Below, in pieces: positions 27,181 through 40,050 of a DNA stretch of 64,000 nucleotides. The position numbers were made by a program, and so were the translations under genes. The first letter of the stretch is position 1. The number at the start of each line of letters is the position of its first letter. Origin of the DNA: Octopus sinensis (lineage: Eukaryota); contig NC_043008.1 in assembly GCF_006345805.1 (NCBI RefSeq), positions 30,380,001-30,444,000 of the forward strand, read 5' to 3'. The notes under the pieces are model-generated. The model made no database searches and was not told the DNA's origin. It saw only the letters and a program-made list of their open reading frames with translations.

Positions 27181-27211
27181 ACCTATCCATTCTTGTTGCT
27201 TCTTTCTCGCG

Positions 27212-27240
<29 letters not shown>

Positions 27241-27242
<2 letters not shown>

Positions 27243-28503
27243 GTTCCGTAATGGAAGGGACTGCCTAACGCAGCTCCTGCACCACTTTGAGGACATTTTG
27301 AGAGTTTTGGGAGAGGGCTCCAACATTGGTGTCTCTGGAAAGTTACTGAAATGGATCAAGTGTTTCCTGACAGACAGATCTCAACATGTTGTAGTTGAAG
27401 GGGTAAAATCAAGCCCAGCCAAAGTCAGTAGTGGCGTTCCGCAAGGCACTGTGCTGGGCCCACTTCTTTTCATCATTTACATTAATGACATTAATGACAT
27501 CATCAAGCACAGCAACATAAAAATCTTTGCAGATGACTCCAAGCTACAGAAGGTCATAAATGAGGCGAGTGACCGGACATGCCTTCAGTCAGATCTACTG
27601 GCTGTTATCCAATGGGCAGAAAAAAAAAATATGCTGCTGAACGAGGATAAATTTGAGCTAATCCACTTTGGAAAAGAGGATGCCCTGAAACTCCCATACT
27701 CCCTTCCTTCAGGTGAAACTCTCGCGGCGTCCAACAACATCAGAGACTTGGGAGTAATTGTGGACAACAACATAAGCTGGGCCACTCATATAAACACCAA
27801 AGTTGACATGGCCCACAGAATGTGTTCCTGGATTCTCAGAACTTTCCAGTCGAGAGATATCCACACCATTATCCTTCTCTTCTCCACTTTTGCTCGACCC
27901 CACCTTGAATACTGTTGTCCACTGTGGTCTCCCCACACAATACAAGGTATCATAAAAGTTGAAGCACCTCAAAGGGCAATCACAAAAAAGATAGATGGCA
28001 TGACAGGCCTCGACTATTGGGGTCGACTAGAAAAGCTAAAACTCTATTCTCTCCAACGTCGTCGTGAGCGCTACATCATCTGCATGATGTGGAAAATATT
28101 CCATCAGCATTGCCCAAATGATGTTGGCATCACCTTTAAGGTACATCCAAGGCTTGGGCCCCGTGCCATCCGCCCAAAACAAAAATCGCACTCTCATCTC
28201 ATAAAAACAATACGGCACAATTATTTCACCTCAATTGGCCCCGCTCTCTTTAACATTACACCAAAACACATTAAAACAGAAACTGACCCTATAGGGTTCA
28301 AGAAGTCTTTGGACAGATTCCTTCAAGAAATCCCGGATAAACCCCCTACACCCGGATATGTCTCTGTAAACAATAACTCTCTACTTGAGTGGGCCATAGT
28401 GCCCAAATTCTGACTTGAAAGACTTCACCAGGTGGTGCTATTAAGTTAGACATGGCCTGGGCCAATAATGGCCGAAACCTATCAAAATATCAAAGTATCA
28501 AAG
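27241..28503 (+). mobile_element. 5'-truncated CR1-group LINE with internal deletion
   Basis: RT motifs GFRNGRDCLTQLL, SGVPQGTVLGPLLF, FADDSKL, RPHLEYC and LYSLQRRRERY; stop at 28413; short-repeat tail (TATCAAAG)n; (TA)n on both flanks. Confidence 0.93.
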
Positions 28504-28512
28504 TATATATAT

Positions 28513-28850
28513 ATAAATAGATGAGTGTATTTTTACCTTGTTAACAATTAACACGGAAAAATAAATAAATAGTTACCAGGGCAGCAAAAATCTCACAAGT
28601 AAAGATGTTGTAACTCCTTGTTTATAATGGTTGAAACTTCGTGTTTACGTTGAATATTTTGAATAATATGAATAAAAACGCAGGAGTTAACGCAGGTTTA
28701 AACAAGTATTTTTACTTTCTACATATGTTTCGAAAATTCCACTGATACTATTCAAAAGAATAAATGGTATAAATAGTATCAGTGGAATTTTCGAAACGTG
28801 TAGAAAGTAAAAATACTTGTTTAAACCTGCGTTAACTCCATTTTTTATTC

Positions 28851-28853
<3 letters not shown>
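28513..28853. mobile_element. Foldback element (probable truncated PLE end) with half-hammerhead
   Basis: Arms 28683-28752 and 28772-28839, extending imperfectly to 28667/28853; GAAAC-ATAT-GTA on the minus arm (28720-28731) and GAAAC-GT-GTA on the plus arm (28793-28802); (TA)n flanks. Confidence 0.75.
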
Positions 28854-28887
<34 letters not shown>

Positions 28888-29734
28888 ATACAGGCGCAAG
28901 AGTGACTGTAACAACAGTAACAATCGTCCCTTCCAGGACAGCCACATTATTTTGACAAATATTCTTTACTTTAAAGAACAGAGAGATTTAGAAATAATGT
29001 TTTTATTCATTAGATCAGTGATGTATATCAATTTGAAAACTATATATATTCGAACGGGAATTCAGCACAGCACTAGCCAACAACTCTGTGTTGATAAAGT
29101 GCAATAACCTAGAAACTGGTCCACAGATGTTGCTTTTTACTGGATAGGGGGACTTAACTCCTTGTTCGAAAGATCAGATATTGTATCGTATAGCCAGCTG
29201 GAAACGATGCTTCCTGGGGCTAAGCAAAAGTAACATTCGTCCCCTCCGGACAACTACATAATGTAGGCAAATAGTCTTTACTTTATATATATATGGACAG
29301 AAGAACCGAGCTATTTGTGGCCCTAGAAGAAATTAAACGAAAGTACTAAAATAGCTGCGAAATTACCAAGAGACGATAAATTAAGTGAAGTTATTCATGA
29401 TGAGGATATAGAGAGTTAGAGTATAGACTAGAATTTAGACTCATGTGAGCAGTTGTAGACACACACATACACACACACTCACACACACAAACACACACAC
29501 ACAAGCACATTCTCACCTACACATAGATAAATAGACACACATGCACGCATACACACACGTAGACAGACACACACACAGCTTATACAACAATAAACACTTA
29601 TACACAGCACCACTCACGTAAAATATACGATATGACTATGTGTATATATCTATATATATTCCATATGTATATGCGTGTGTTTTTGTGTGTGCGAGTGCAG
29701 GTGCATGTGTGTGTATAGATGGATATATATATAT

Positions 29735-29780
<46 letters not shown>

Positions 29781-29974
29781 ATATGCATATATGATACAGA
29801 ATCACAACTTATGTCTAAATCATTTAAACAGAACCCACCCAAACGTACATATATACACACACACTCATAAACATGTGTATGTATATATATATATACACAC
29901 ACATATACATTCATGGTAGTGCCACAGCATGACCACAGCCACCTCGCTGAAACTCATAAAAGAATATATATATA

Positions 29975-30033
<59 letters not shown>

Positions 30034-31599
30034 GCACGTACGTATGTTATGTATGTATTCGTATGTATACACACAAACACAAATGTATATATGCATGTGT
30101 GTAGGTTTCCACAAACATGCACACATAGGTATGCACATATATGAATATAGTATATATGCATCACCAATGCATATAAATATACATATTCACATACACAGTG
30201 TTGTACGCACACTGAAAAACACAAACGCACACACACACACCTTTACACATTTACGTAATGCAGAATTTTTTTCCCGTCTTTACTTTTAACCTTTTGTGAA
30301 AAGTTACTCTGTAAATTCATTCCACTTCTTATCAGATCGGAACGACTTGCTAAGGTTTGGTATTCAGATTCTAAGCTTTTCATTGATATGACTCAAAATA
30401 TTTCACTCTAACAAATAAAACATTTCTTTAAACAGACCAGAAATGTTTGTTCAACTAAGCTAAGCTAATATATATCTTATGTGAGCAATAGTTCATGCAT
30501 TGAACTATGTTTGATTCTCTTTTCTTTTTTGCATTGAAAAATTTCGTGTTAAAATGAGAAATGAGAGATTTATGGGGATTGAATAGTGCTTCGTATTGAC
30601 TGCAAGAATATTGAAATATGTAATACAAACTTAGAATTAGGTAGATAGTTTGCTATATATACAATGAATTGCTAAAGTATGTTAAGGTAAACAGAAATAA
30701 TGTCCCTAGTTCAGCTGTTGTAGGGTGATATTAGGACATTGACAAAGTACGGACGAGGTAGCACTTGGTTCTTCATGACTAACACTTCTGAAAGCTCTCC
30801 GGATTTATCACTGCACTTGTGAACATTAGATTTAATATCAACCTGATATTTTTAGTCACCTCATCTTTGAAGCGTTCTTAACCAAGTTTATTTCTCTCTC
30901 GCTATAATGTGTATGCTGGCCCCAATTTTACTGTTATGTGGTAGTATCTTCTCAGCAATAGGAATTATCAATACCTTCTTCATTCTTATTTATCTTAATT
31001 ATTCTCACATCTCCTTCATAAGAGAGATGAACTGATAGGTCCGGACTGTAATGAAATGCTTACTTTTGAACTGATCAGAAAATTCCATTTCTATTTCAGT
31101 GTTGTTTCTGTCCGATGTTACTCTATTTTCTTCCTGTTACATCTATAAAATATTTGTCATGAATACGTATTTTGTGTTATTTGATTCTGCTCAATACTTC
31201 GATAATGACATATTATGGAAGCTAGTGTATAGTTTCATTAAAATGGTAAGATAAAATCAAAAAGATCTTTGGGGGAAAAAAGAAATAATAGCTGGTAAAT
31301 ATCATACGTTGTTCTTTAAAAAAAATTCACCCTCTGCGGATCTTCAGGAACAATATTATCTCGTAAAACAGACTGGAAGTTTAAAATAGTTGTGTGTGTG
31401 TGTGTAAATATATAAATATTCGTAAGAACAAGTCTCTCTCAATATACCTGCGACTATGATAAAAAGGAGAAGCAAATATTCCGAAACTTTTTATGGAAGT
31501 TCATGAGAAGATTGTTTCTAGCTTAAGCACTAAGCTAATTAATAAAATGTCTCTTAAACCCATTTCCGTATATTAATGACATTAAGCCTCATTTAATAG

Positions 31600-32330
31600 G
31601 AATTGAGCTTAAAAAGTAAACATGTATGTAAATTCTGTGAGGCTTCTAGGCAGGAGGACTCTGCTTGTATTAGCTCAACGTCTTCATTATTTTTTTCTGT
31701 TCAGAGAGGAAACTGAATAGATACTGTATTCAATCCATAGTTCTGGTGTCTCAAGCATCTCAATCTTCCTGTGATAATATTGAAAACCAATGAAGCTGGA
31801 GCACTGACAGTTCTCAAATGTAATAATATAACTCGTAATGGCAACATTTATCCGATTTCTTAACTGAAATGTATTTGAGGCGAAAATCTCGAATAATATT
31901 TTGGAGCGAGGATGATGGATAACCAGAAGAAATTAGACGCAAACAGATCGATGAATATTATTGGTTTAACCAGCCAGTATATCATAAATGTAACCTGGAT
32001 ACACCACATTAATATCATGATGTGTACAACATAAGCAAATAAATAATGTCATTTGGACGTCACATAAAGAAAGAATTAACTGCTGAACCGCCATCAAATT
32101 TCATTCAATTATTCTCTTCACTCTTCAACAAAATATATCATGTTTCACCATGGATAAATGCAATTCTTTCGACAAATAAATGGAACTTTATTGTATAGAA
32201 TTTGCGTGATCTACCAGAAGAATGAAATGGGAATGTATTGTGAGAGAATAAGCAATTCATTGAAGCCAGGTTGCGTGGGATGGAGTTATAAGATAACAGC
32301 ACGTTTTCTGTGTTTCTTATTCTGTCAGTT
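31600..32330 (+). mobile_element. Possible highly decayed mariner transposase
   Basis: NVTWIHH (~31987) resembles the mariner DETWxHH motif; little else is recognisable and the ends are approximate. Confidence 0.3.
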
Positions 32331-33234
32331 GTGCTGCCTTTTACTCCTTGAGTAAATAATTAGTGTCCTTTAACTCACAATATTGTTCAAACTTCACTAA
32401 GAAATTAGTATTTATTTAGGGAACATGGGAGTTTACGCTGAAGTGGTTTCTCACTGTATATGCTGGCCTAATAAATGTATTTGAATACAATACAGCTAAC
32501 AAACAAAACATTAGTGTCATTTAAAGCTCGGCATCTTCTAGAAATCGGCTGTTGATTCTTTATGACATCCATTTAAAACTGTAAACTCTGCATCAGCAAT
32601 ATTTAAATGATTTGATTATGGGCATAGTGTCATGCTACTGTGGTTATAATTCACACTGATAGAAAGAATAAATCTTTATTACCAATACCTAGGTTTCATA
32701 AACTTACACTTTTGTACGTAGCTATTACTCTATCTACTGAAATAAAATAGGAATCCCTTCTAGAAATAACTAAATTTTGGCAATAGATAAAAGAACCAGT
32801 CGCATCAGTGAAACTACAAAATGATTTACGTGATTTGAGAATCAGGAATAAAGATCTGCCTATTCAAAAGTACAGTTCTGTTTCAATTCATAAATAAAAA
32901 TGATTGAAATCGCTTGTGCTTAAAAAAAAAAGCATCTGAAAAATTAACAAGGGATGTAAGAAAATTTTAAAATATTGACGTTATTGACATTTAAGCACAC
33001 ATACACACGCACACACACACGCACACATACACACACATGACCTATTTTACGTCCGTTTTGACGAGGATGTCGTAACTCCATTAACCAAATACTCATTTCA
33101 TTATTGAGTAGACAGTTAAGCATAAAACAAGAATCCGCCCCCCCCCCAAGCAGAATCAGCATGTAATTATTTATGGGGATTTTCCTTCAGGAATAACTGG
33201 TATTATTATTTAATCTTAAGTATACGACCAGATA

Positions 33235-33405
33235 GGACCGTTAACTTACCGGTCAAAATGCTTAGCAACATTTCTGAGTTCAAATTCCACAGAGGTCGAT
33301 TTACCTTTCATCCTTTTGGCCTCGATAAAATAAATAGTAATTGAGCCCTGATGTTGATGTAATCAACTCAGTCTCTCCCTCAAAATTTTGCGCCTTAATC
33401 CCAAA
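33235..33405 (+). mobile_element. Degenerate family-A SINE
   Basis: AAATGCTTAGC..GAGTTCAAATTCCACAGAGGTCGAT..CCTTTCATCC. Confidence 0.75.
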
Positions 33406-35195
33406 GAAAATTTCTTTATTCAATAGTCATAAGCTTACGAATCTGGAAGTAAAAGATTTGCAAGGAATTGTGATTGAACCCGGGATCTCTAATTGCAATA
33501 CTTGGTGTTCATAGCTATACAAGTACTCTCTCTTACCCTTCCCCCTCTCTCTCTCTCTCTAATCTCTCTCTCTCTAATATCTCTCCTTCTTTCTCTTTCC
33601 CTTCATCTCTCTCATTTTTTTCTCTTTCGCACACATACATAAATGCACACGCTACGCGTGCGCGCGCGTCTATACAAGCAAACGCATACAAATGTACGTA
33701 TCTTATTATCTGTATAGACATATTTTATGATGTTTAAGCTCTTCTACCACTTCAAGACAAATTGCAGCATTGAACTTGTATTGGGGCAACCACAACAACA
33801 GGAAATGAAGAATTTTCTAGATAATTTTATAACTTCCTGCGCTATGTTGTATGATATGCAGCAAAATCAATATTCCACATATGGGTTTATGGTAGTGCAT
33901 ATGTAAGTCTGTTTGGTTTTCTGTATGAAAGAACACATTCTTGTGTATTTCTCCGCAATAAATAGCATCCAAAGCAAACAATTGTGCAAGAAAAGCATGA
34001 TTTGAGCATATTAATTCTTTATATCTAATTTCCTATATGATCGCTCGTATATGATATGGCAGTGACCTCACGAATAATATTTCATATTTTGCTTATATTT
34101 TTACTCATTTCTATCCGATTCGTTTTGAAAGCTGGCTTTCACATAGTCTCCTCCAATACTTCAGTACAATATAGTGGATCGACCAATAGATTCTCAGAGA
34201 TTCTGAGATTGACCAATAGATTGTGAGAGACGTTTTGTGGCATCGGTTATGCGGTAACTCACCGCACGCATGTGTGTATATAACACATATATGTATATAT
34301 GTCTATATAAATAACATATTTAACTCACATACACATATACGTATATGTGTAAATGTATGTGTGCGTCAGTTTATGCTCTGTCTTCGTGGTTGTTTTCTTA
34401 TTGTTATTTAGACCGTCCACACCTCAGTAGCTAGGTAGTAAACAAAGTTGTCAAGTTCTCTATTATTCTCTAAAACCTAAGGTCTCACCGAATACCATAA
34501 TCATGTGTAATGTATGAATTATGGAATTTCATTTTTTTCCTCTAACATACCAGTTCCTACCATATTGAAAGAGGGTTGGAATATACTGAAAATACTTACA
34601 TCAGCCCTATACCTTACGTGTCATAATCACGTGAAATAATATAACCTATAGAATCGATTTATTCAAGTGTTATCTGGAAAATGTTCTAAAACGTCTCCCG
34701 AGCAATCGTGTAACACGTGACCCTCAACATAAGGACACTCTAGCTTGAGAAGCTAGCATTTACGTGTAATATGTGCACATGCCTGTATTTTGGAGGCGTC
34801 ATTAGTATTTCATAAAATTTCAAGTGAACATAAGCTAATCAAGTCTGGGAATAGTGGCTCTCGAGGCTCACATAATGCTATAGATGTTAGCGTGTACATA
34901 TTGGATTAAAATCCTTTTGTATAGAAAAATCGAACGCTGCCATTGTGATTCGAATGCACGTCTGCTGTAAACATGCCAGGTGCACTACAATTGTACTAAA
35001 GCAATTCGTCAAAATTATTTATGTGATCCTTCTATCAAAAATGCATACGATTCTCGTTGGTAAGAATAAGGTTTCTGAAATAGATAGAGAATTTCAATGG
35101 GCTGCTTGGGTACAAAGTAAGTCTACAGGACACATGGTTTCGAATCCTACGGAGAGCTTTCCAATTAATCTATTCAAACAGGCTTTTCAACCCTA

Positions 35196-35246
<51 letters not shown>

Positions 35247-35248
35247 TA

Positions 35249-35283
<35 letters not shown>

Positions 35284-35942
35284 CGTGTGTGTGTGTGTAT
35301 GTGTAAAAGTATAAATGTATATACACAGACAGACATCAGACAGACAGGCAGGAAAATCACTGCAGGAATTGCAAAAGGACATCTCATCCGGTAATTAGGA
35401 TTAATATTCAAGTAGTTTAACAGGAACATATTCACAATCATACTCACATACGCACAGTCAACTGCTTCACATTGAAGGCAGGTAACATAATGGTGTATTC
35501 TTTCCACAACTGCCTACACGTGATAGCAAAGGAATTGATAATGAGAGACGTCTGAAGTTATTTTCAAGGAATAAGATCGCAAGTACATTGCACAACATTT
35601 AGAAATATTTTATAAATGGCATCAGCACCATAGGCAAATAATTGACAGATGCAGAATATTTCCTAATCCGTTTGGATAAGCTACTCCAGCAATGTCAACT
35701 TAGTACAGACGTCAAGCAGAATCGTAGCCTGTCTATAATACAGGAGCAGATTAAACAATGCCACTTAGAAATTTGAAAAGAACAGAAACCAACGATGACG
35801 GAGGAAGCTACTGAACGCAACGGTCGTATCTATTGAGCATGCAAATGTTACCGAAGACATTCAGATCGAGGCCTTGTTGGGAAAGAGAGGCATGTGTGTG
35901 TATGTGCGTGTTTGTATGACTGGCTGAATGACTAATTGTCTG

Positions 35943-36298
35943 AAGGAAAGAAGGAAGGAAGGAAGGATGGAAGGGAGGAAGGAAAGTAGGAAGGAAGGAA
36001 AGAGGGAAGGAAGGAAGGAAGGAAAGTAGGAAGGAAAGAAGGAAGGAAGAAAAGTAGAAAGGAAGGAGGAAGGAAGAAAGGTAGGCAGGAAGAAACGTAG
36101 GACGGAAGGAAAGAGGGAAGGAAGAAAGTAGGAAGGATAGAAGGAAAGAAGAAATGTAGGAAGGAAAGAGGAAAGAAGAAAAGTAGGCAGGAAGAAACGT
36201 AGGAAGGAAGGAAGGTAAGAAGGAAAGAAGGAAAGAAGGAAGGAAGGAAGGAAGTAAGGGAGAAAGGAAGGTAAGTAGGAAGGAAGGAAAGAAGGAAA
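35943..36298. repeat. (GGAA)n-derived polypurine satellite
   Basis: ~355 bp almost purely purine on the plus strand, with recurring GTAGGCAGGAAGAAACGTAGGA. Confidence 0.9.
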
Positions 36299-36359
36299 AC
36301 TAACGATGTCCATTCCCACGGCTCTAGGTCAGTGAGCAGAACTATCACTGTTTGGCCAC

Positions 36360-36760
36360 ACATAAAGTTCCTTCACGTCAAGTCTTTGATGTCTTCACTC
36401 GAACTCCATCTTTGCTATCCGTTCAGGCAGACCCTAAGAATGTAGATGTAAAGGTCTGGTCCCTGAAACGTAGTCAAAAATATTTTGTTTTTGTCCGATC
36501 TCGGCGTCTCTCAGGATCTATGCGTCATAACTACACAACTCTGTTAGCCAGACCAGAGTTTGTGGAAGTTTCACAGTGATACTTTTGCCAAGGATGCACT
36601 CTCTCCATATTTAATAATTGATTGACCTCACCGGTACATTTCCAGCATCAACAAATCTTTGATTTCATGCCTGCAGTTTGCTGTATTGTCAGCAATATAT
36701 TCTACGTACTTGAACTTCTCAAATGTATCTATGGGATTGTATTCTAAGCGGCCCTGGTTG
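36360..36760 (-). mobile_element. Possible RTE-like LINE fragment
   Basis: Minus-strand PIDTFEKFKYVEYIADN resembles the RT motif LE.V..FKYLGS.I; heavily decayed. Confidence 0.3.
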
Positions 36761-37559
36761 CCAAGTAACTGCCGTGATTTTAGTTATGCCGGTGCTGATC
36801 ACAGTAAATATGCAGAGAGAACTAAAGAAGGAAGGAGAGAAAGGAAGGGAAATACAGCATCCATTGACGACAATGATTAGAAAAAGAAATCCAAGATATT
36901 GTAACTTCAGTATGACCCTTTGCAATGGCATTTATGGCTGCTTCAAAATGTACAATAGAATGAACAATTTCGTAAGTAATTTCCTACGAAGGTTGATAGC
37001 TATTATAGACCTCATTGCTGAGTAGGTGGCTAGTTGGATAGTGATAAGTTGAAAATAAGATGCGCAGCGAACCCTGGTTTGTCTTAAGCTGTGTATGAGC
37101 ATAAGAATATAGGGAACAAATGATTTTGCATTAGATGAAATACATATATTTCGAAGTATTCAAATAGGTACACGCGCACATATTCACATATTTGTTCATA
37201 TGAGTACAAATGTATATGTGTGAACATGTATGCTAGCGTGTGTGTATGTGGCGAAGGATGGGGCAATTACAAAACTTTGCTATGGCCGCCAATGAATCAT
37301 AAGCGAAACAGGAAATAGCGTTTGTTTGACGAAACTTTTATGCAAGTATGGATTACACAATTTAATGTGAGAAAAACAAAGAATTTTGAAAGAAGTTTCT
37401 ATAAAACAAGTTTTCAAACATCGAGTAACTATGGGGGCGTACCAGTATAAAAAAATGATCAAATGAGTCCATAAGTAAAAATTGGTCGAGAAATCTTTGG
37501 TTCTATGCAGCGCCGTTGGATGCTATGCTTTTTAGCGCTTTTAATTCAAAAGTTGAGAG

Positions 37560-38065
37560 CAAGACATCCCAGGGTCTTCCATAAGTATATTACTACATAT
37601 CTTTCACACCTCTCTAGGGAGTAGAGCTTCAATTACTTTAGTTTCTGTCAGTGGCACATCTGTTCCACCGAATCAGGTTCACGTATTAGTGGCTCTGGAT
37701 TGCCTCAAGTTCCGCCACCAGTTTGAAGTTCTGCAGTGACTACAGTTAGGAGGAATAGCATGGTAGTCTAAGAATCTCACTAGATACTTGCCTGCATTGC
37801 GTTGACATCCTGGTAATATGTACATACGATTGTGCATACCTGCTGTGGATTCCAAGTTCAAGTATCGAATCTGACACGGGGATTGCGCTACCCCACGGTC
37901 ATGTGTTTGTATGAGACAATAATGGAGTACTTGGAACTTCTCAGCATTGAATTGCTTGTTATATTCATCAGCCCGTTTGCGTACTGCGTTCAGGTCATTT
38001 TCAAGTTTTTGTACGTGATCAGGGTTCTTGACCGCCAGAGATAATTTTGTATCATACGTATAGCT
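37560..38065 (-). mobile_element. Degenerate CR1-group LINE RT fragment
   Basis: YTYDTKLSLAVKNPDHVQKLENDLNAVRKRADEYNKQFNAEKFQVLHY matches YADDTKL..LQ.DL..V..WA..N.M.FN..KF..LHY. Confidence 0.75.
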
Positions 38066-38479
38066 GATCTCACCAGATTGCACATACACAATAAAATGAT
38101 ATACAGATATGTTATATAGGATTACATACATCTCAATATACATAGATATATGATTGTATGAGTGTGTTGGTACGTATGTATTTTTGTGTATTGGATACAT
38201 TTCTGCATAGATATGGTGTGGCAGAGATTCAAATTATTGGCATATTTTATATGTATCATTTACGTCTATACATTTTAAATATTCCATAACTATATATATA
38301 TATGTGTGGGGGGGGTGTATGTACGTATATATGTATGTATGTATGTATATATATATATGGTGTAGTTATATGTATATCTGTATATTTTCGCGTATGTATA
38401 TATATATATTATATATAATACATATATATATATTATATATATATATATATATAATATATATATACACACACACTCATAT

Positions 38480-38546
<67 letters not shown>

Positions 38547-39466
38547 ACGTGTTAAATAATAATCTACTTCCGTGTATATCTATATGTACGCATGTATGTG
38601 TATAAATATACGGATATGTTTGCCTTTACATACCCGTGTCTATATAAGTTTATATATAAATACATGTGCGCGCGCGCGTATGTGTGTGTGTGTATGTGTG
38701 TGTGTGTGGATATGATTGCTTGTGTGCTTACACATCACGCTAATATAATGAGTGGAAAGCAATAAAACGGTGGATGAGGTTTAGATCCATTCTTTATCAA
38801 TTATGAGAAAAAAACTGGACTGGTCTATTGTGATGGCCTACTGACCCTGGCGACAACCGGCTATTAGGGGTAGGCACACAAGGATAATTTGAATGACAAA
38901 TTTTATATTTCTAAATGTATATGTGCCTAGTTTTGTTTCTTACTTTATTTTATTTCTTTTCATCATTTACTCATTCTATTTGCTGGTTAAACTGCACTTG
39001 GGACTGACGGTCTGGAGATATTTCTTTCTACTTTTTTATATGGATGAATCAATTCTATGGAATTCGGTTTAATTTGTCGAACATTTTCCGCTCAAACCTG
39101 TAGTGTCTTCATTTATATACTGATGTAATGTAATAAATTTAATATATTTGTTATGAAATAATGTCAGCAATTAACTGCTGGTAAAGGGCAGATGAAAAAT
39201 TGTGTTATTGTGCAATAGGGCGTGCTTGCTCAATCCGGACCACCTCCTATTTATGCATTTTTATAAATAGCCAACGGATATTCATGGTTTTCCGGTTGTA
39301 ACTTCCTTAATACGATCGACTTCATTGTGGACCTGCAACTGATAGCCGATACTCGTAGACGAGGTCTATAAAGCAAACAACAGCGTTCCAACCCAAATTA
39401 CACACACTAACACACACAAAACACACACACAATATATATAAATATATAAAATAGAAGAAAAACAAG

Positions 39467-39720
39467 TTTTATCAATTCAAAATGAACAATTACATTACAC
39501 CATCCAGAAAATTACATATATTAGAAATATTAAAATGACAATATACGTAATTTTCTGGATGGCGTAATTTAATTGTTCATTTTGAATTGATAAAAGGTGG
39601 GGGGGGGTTCTAATTTTTTTTATATATATATTATATTATGTGAAATTTGATTTAGTATTTCTAAATTGAATTTTTCTTCCCTGTAAGTTTGGATTTATAT
39701 TCCCTCAAATAATAATTATT
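39467..39720. mobile_element. Foldback element: 56-bp arms plus unpaired extension
   Basis: 39467-39522 pairs with 39540-39595 (about 3 mismatches); the right extension has a hairpin at ~39642-39677 and ends in (TA)n. Confidence 0.75.
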
Positions 39721-39859
39721 ATATATATATATTCACGTTTATTGGCTAAACTGGCAAAATGACCATTCCTAAATGCAACAATATATATACGCATGTGTGT
39801 GTATTTGTGTGTGAGTATGTGTCAGAATATGTATGCACATATACGTTTGTATACATGTC

Positions 39860-40050
39860 TTTGTGTTGGCGTGCTCGCCCCCCCCCCATCGCTTGACACC
39901 CGGTGTTGGTTCAAGTTTCTGTAACTTCGCTGATCAGCAAAATTGTATGTTAAAATATGTAACAGAATTAAATACGCACCGGGATCGATTTCATCAGTTC
40001 CTCTTATTCGGTGGTACTCCAGTATGGCTCTACGCCAATAGTTTAACTAA
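39860..40050 (+). mobile_element. Degenerate 3' half of family-B SINE
   Basis: CCCCCCATCGCTTGACA..GGTGTTGG..GGGATCGATT..GGTGGTACTCCAGTATGG is similar to the tail at 10445-10500. Confidence 0.55.

Larger units (their letters stand above)
25741..27210 (+). mobile_element. Non-coding Penelope-like element end with perfect 164-bp inverted pseudo-LTR
   Basis: 25860-26023 is the exact reverse complement of 27047-27210 (compared base by base); each arm holds a hammerhead; ~1 kb ORF-less interior with a pyrimidine tract; 119-nt unpaired extension on the left arm; (TA)n on both sides. Confidence 0.85.

Noticed and set aside
31100-31245. AG...GTAAG-bounded open frame compatible with phase 1
   Set aside because: Very AT-rich F/I/Y/L peptide with no Ig features; expected by chance in 52 kb of intron.
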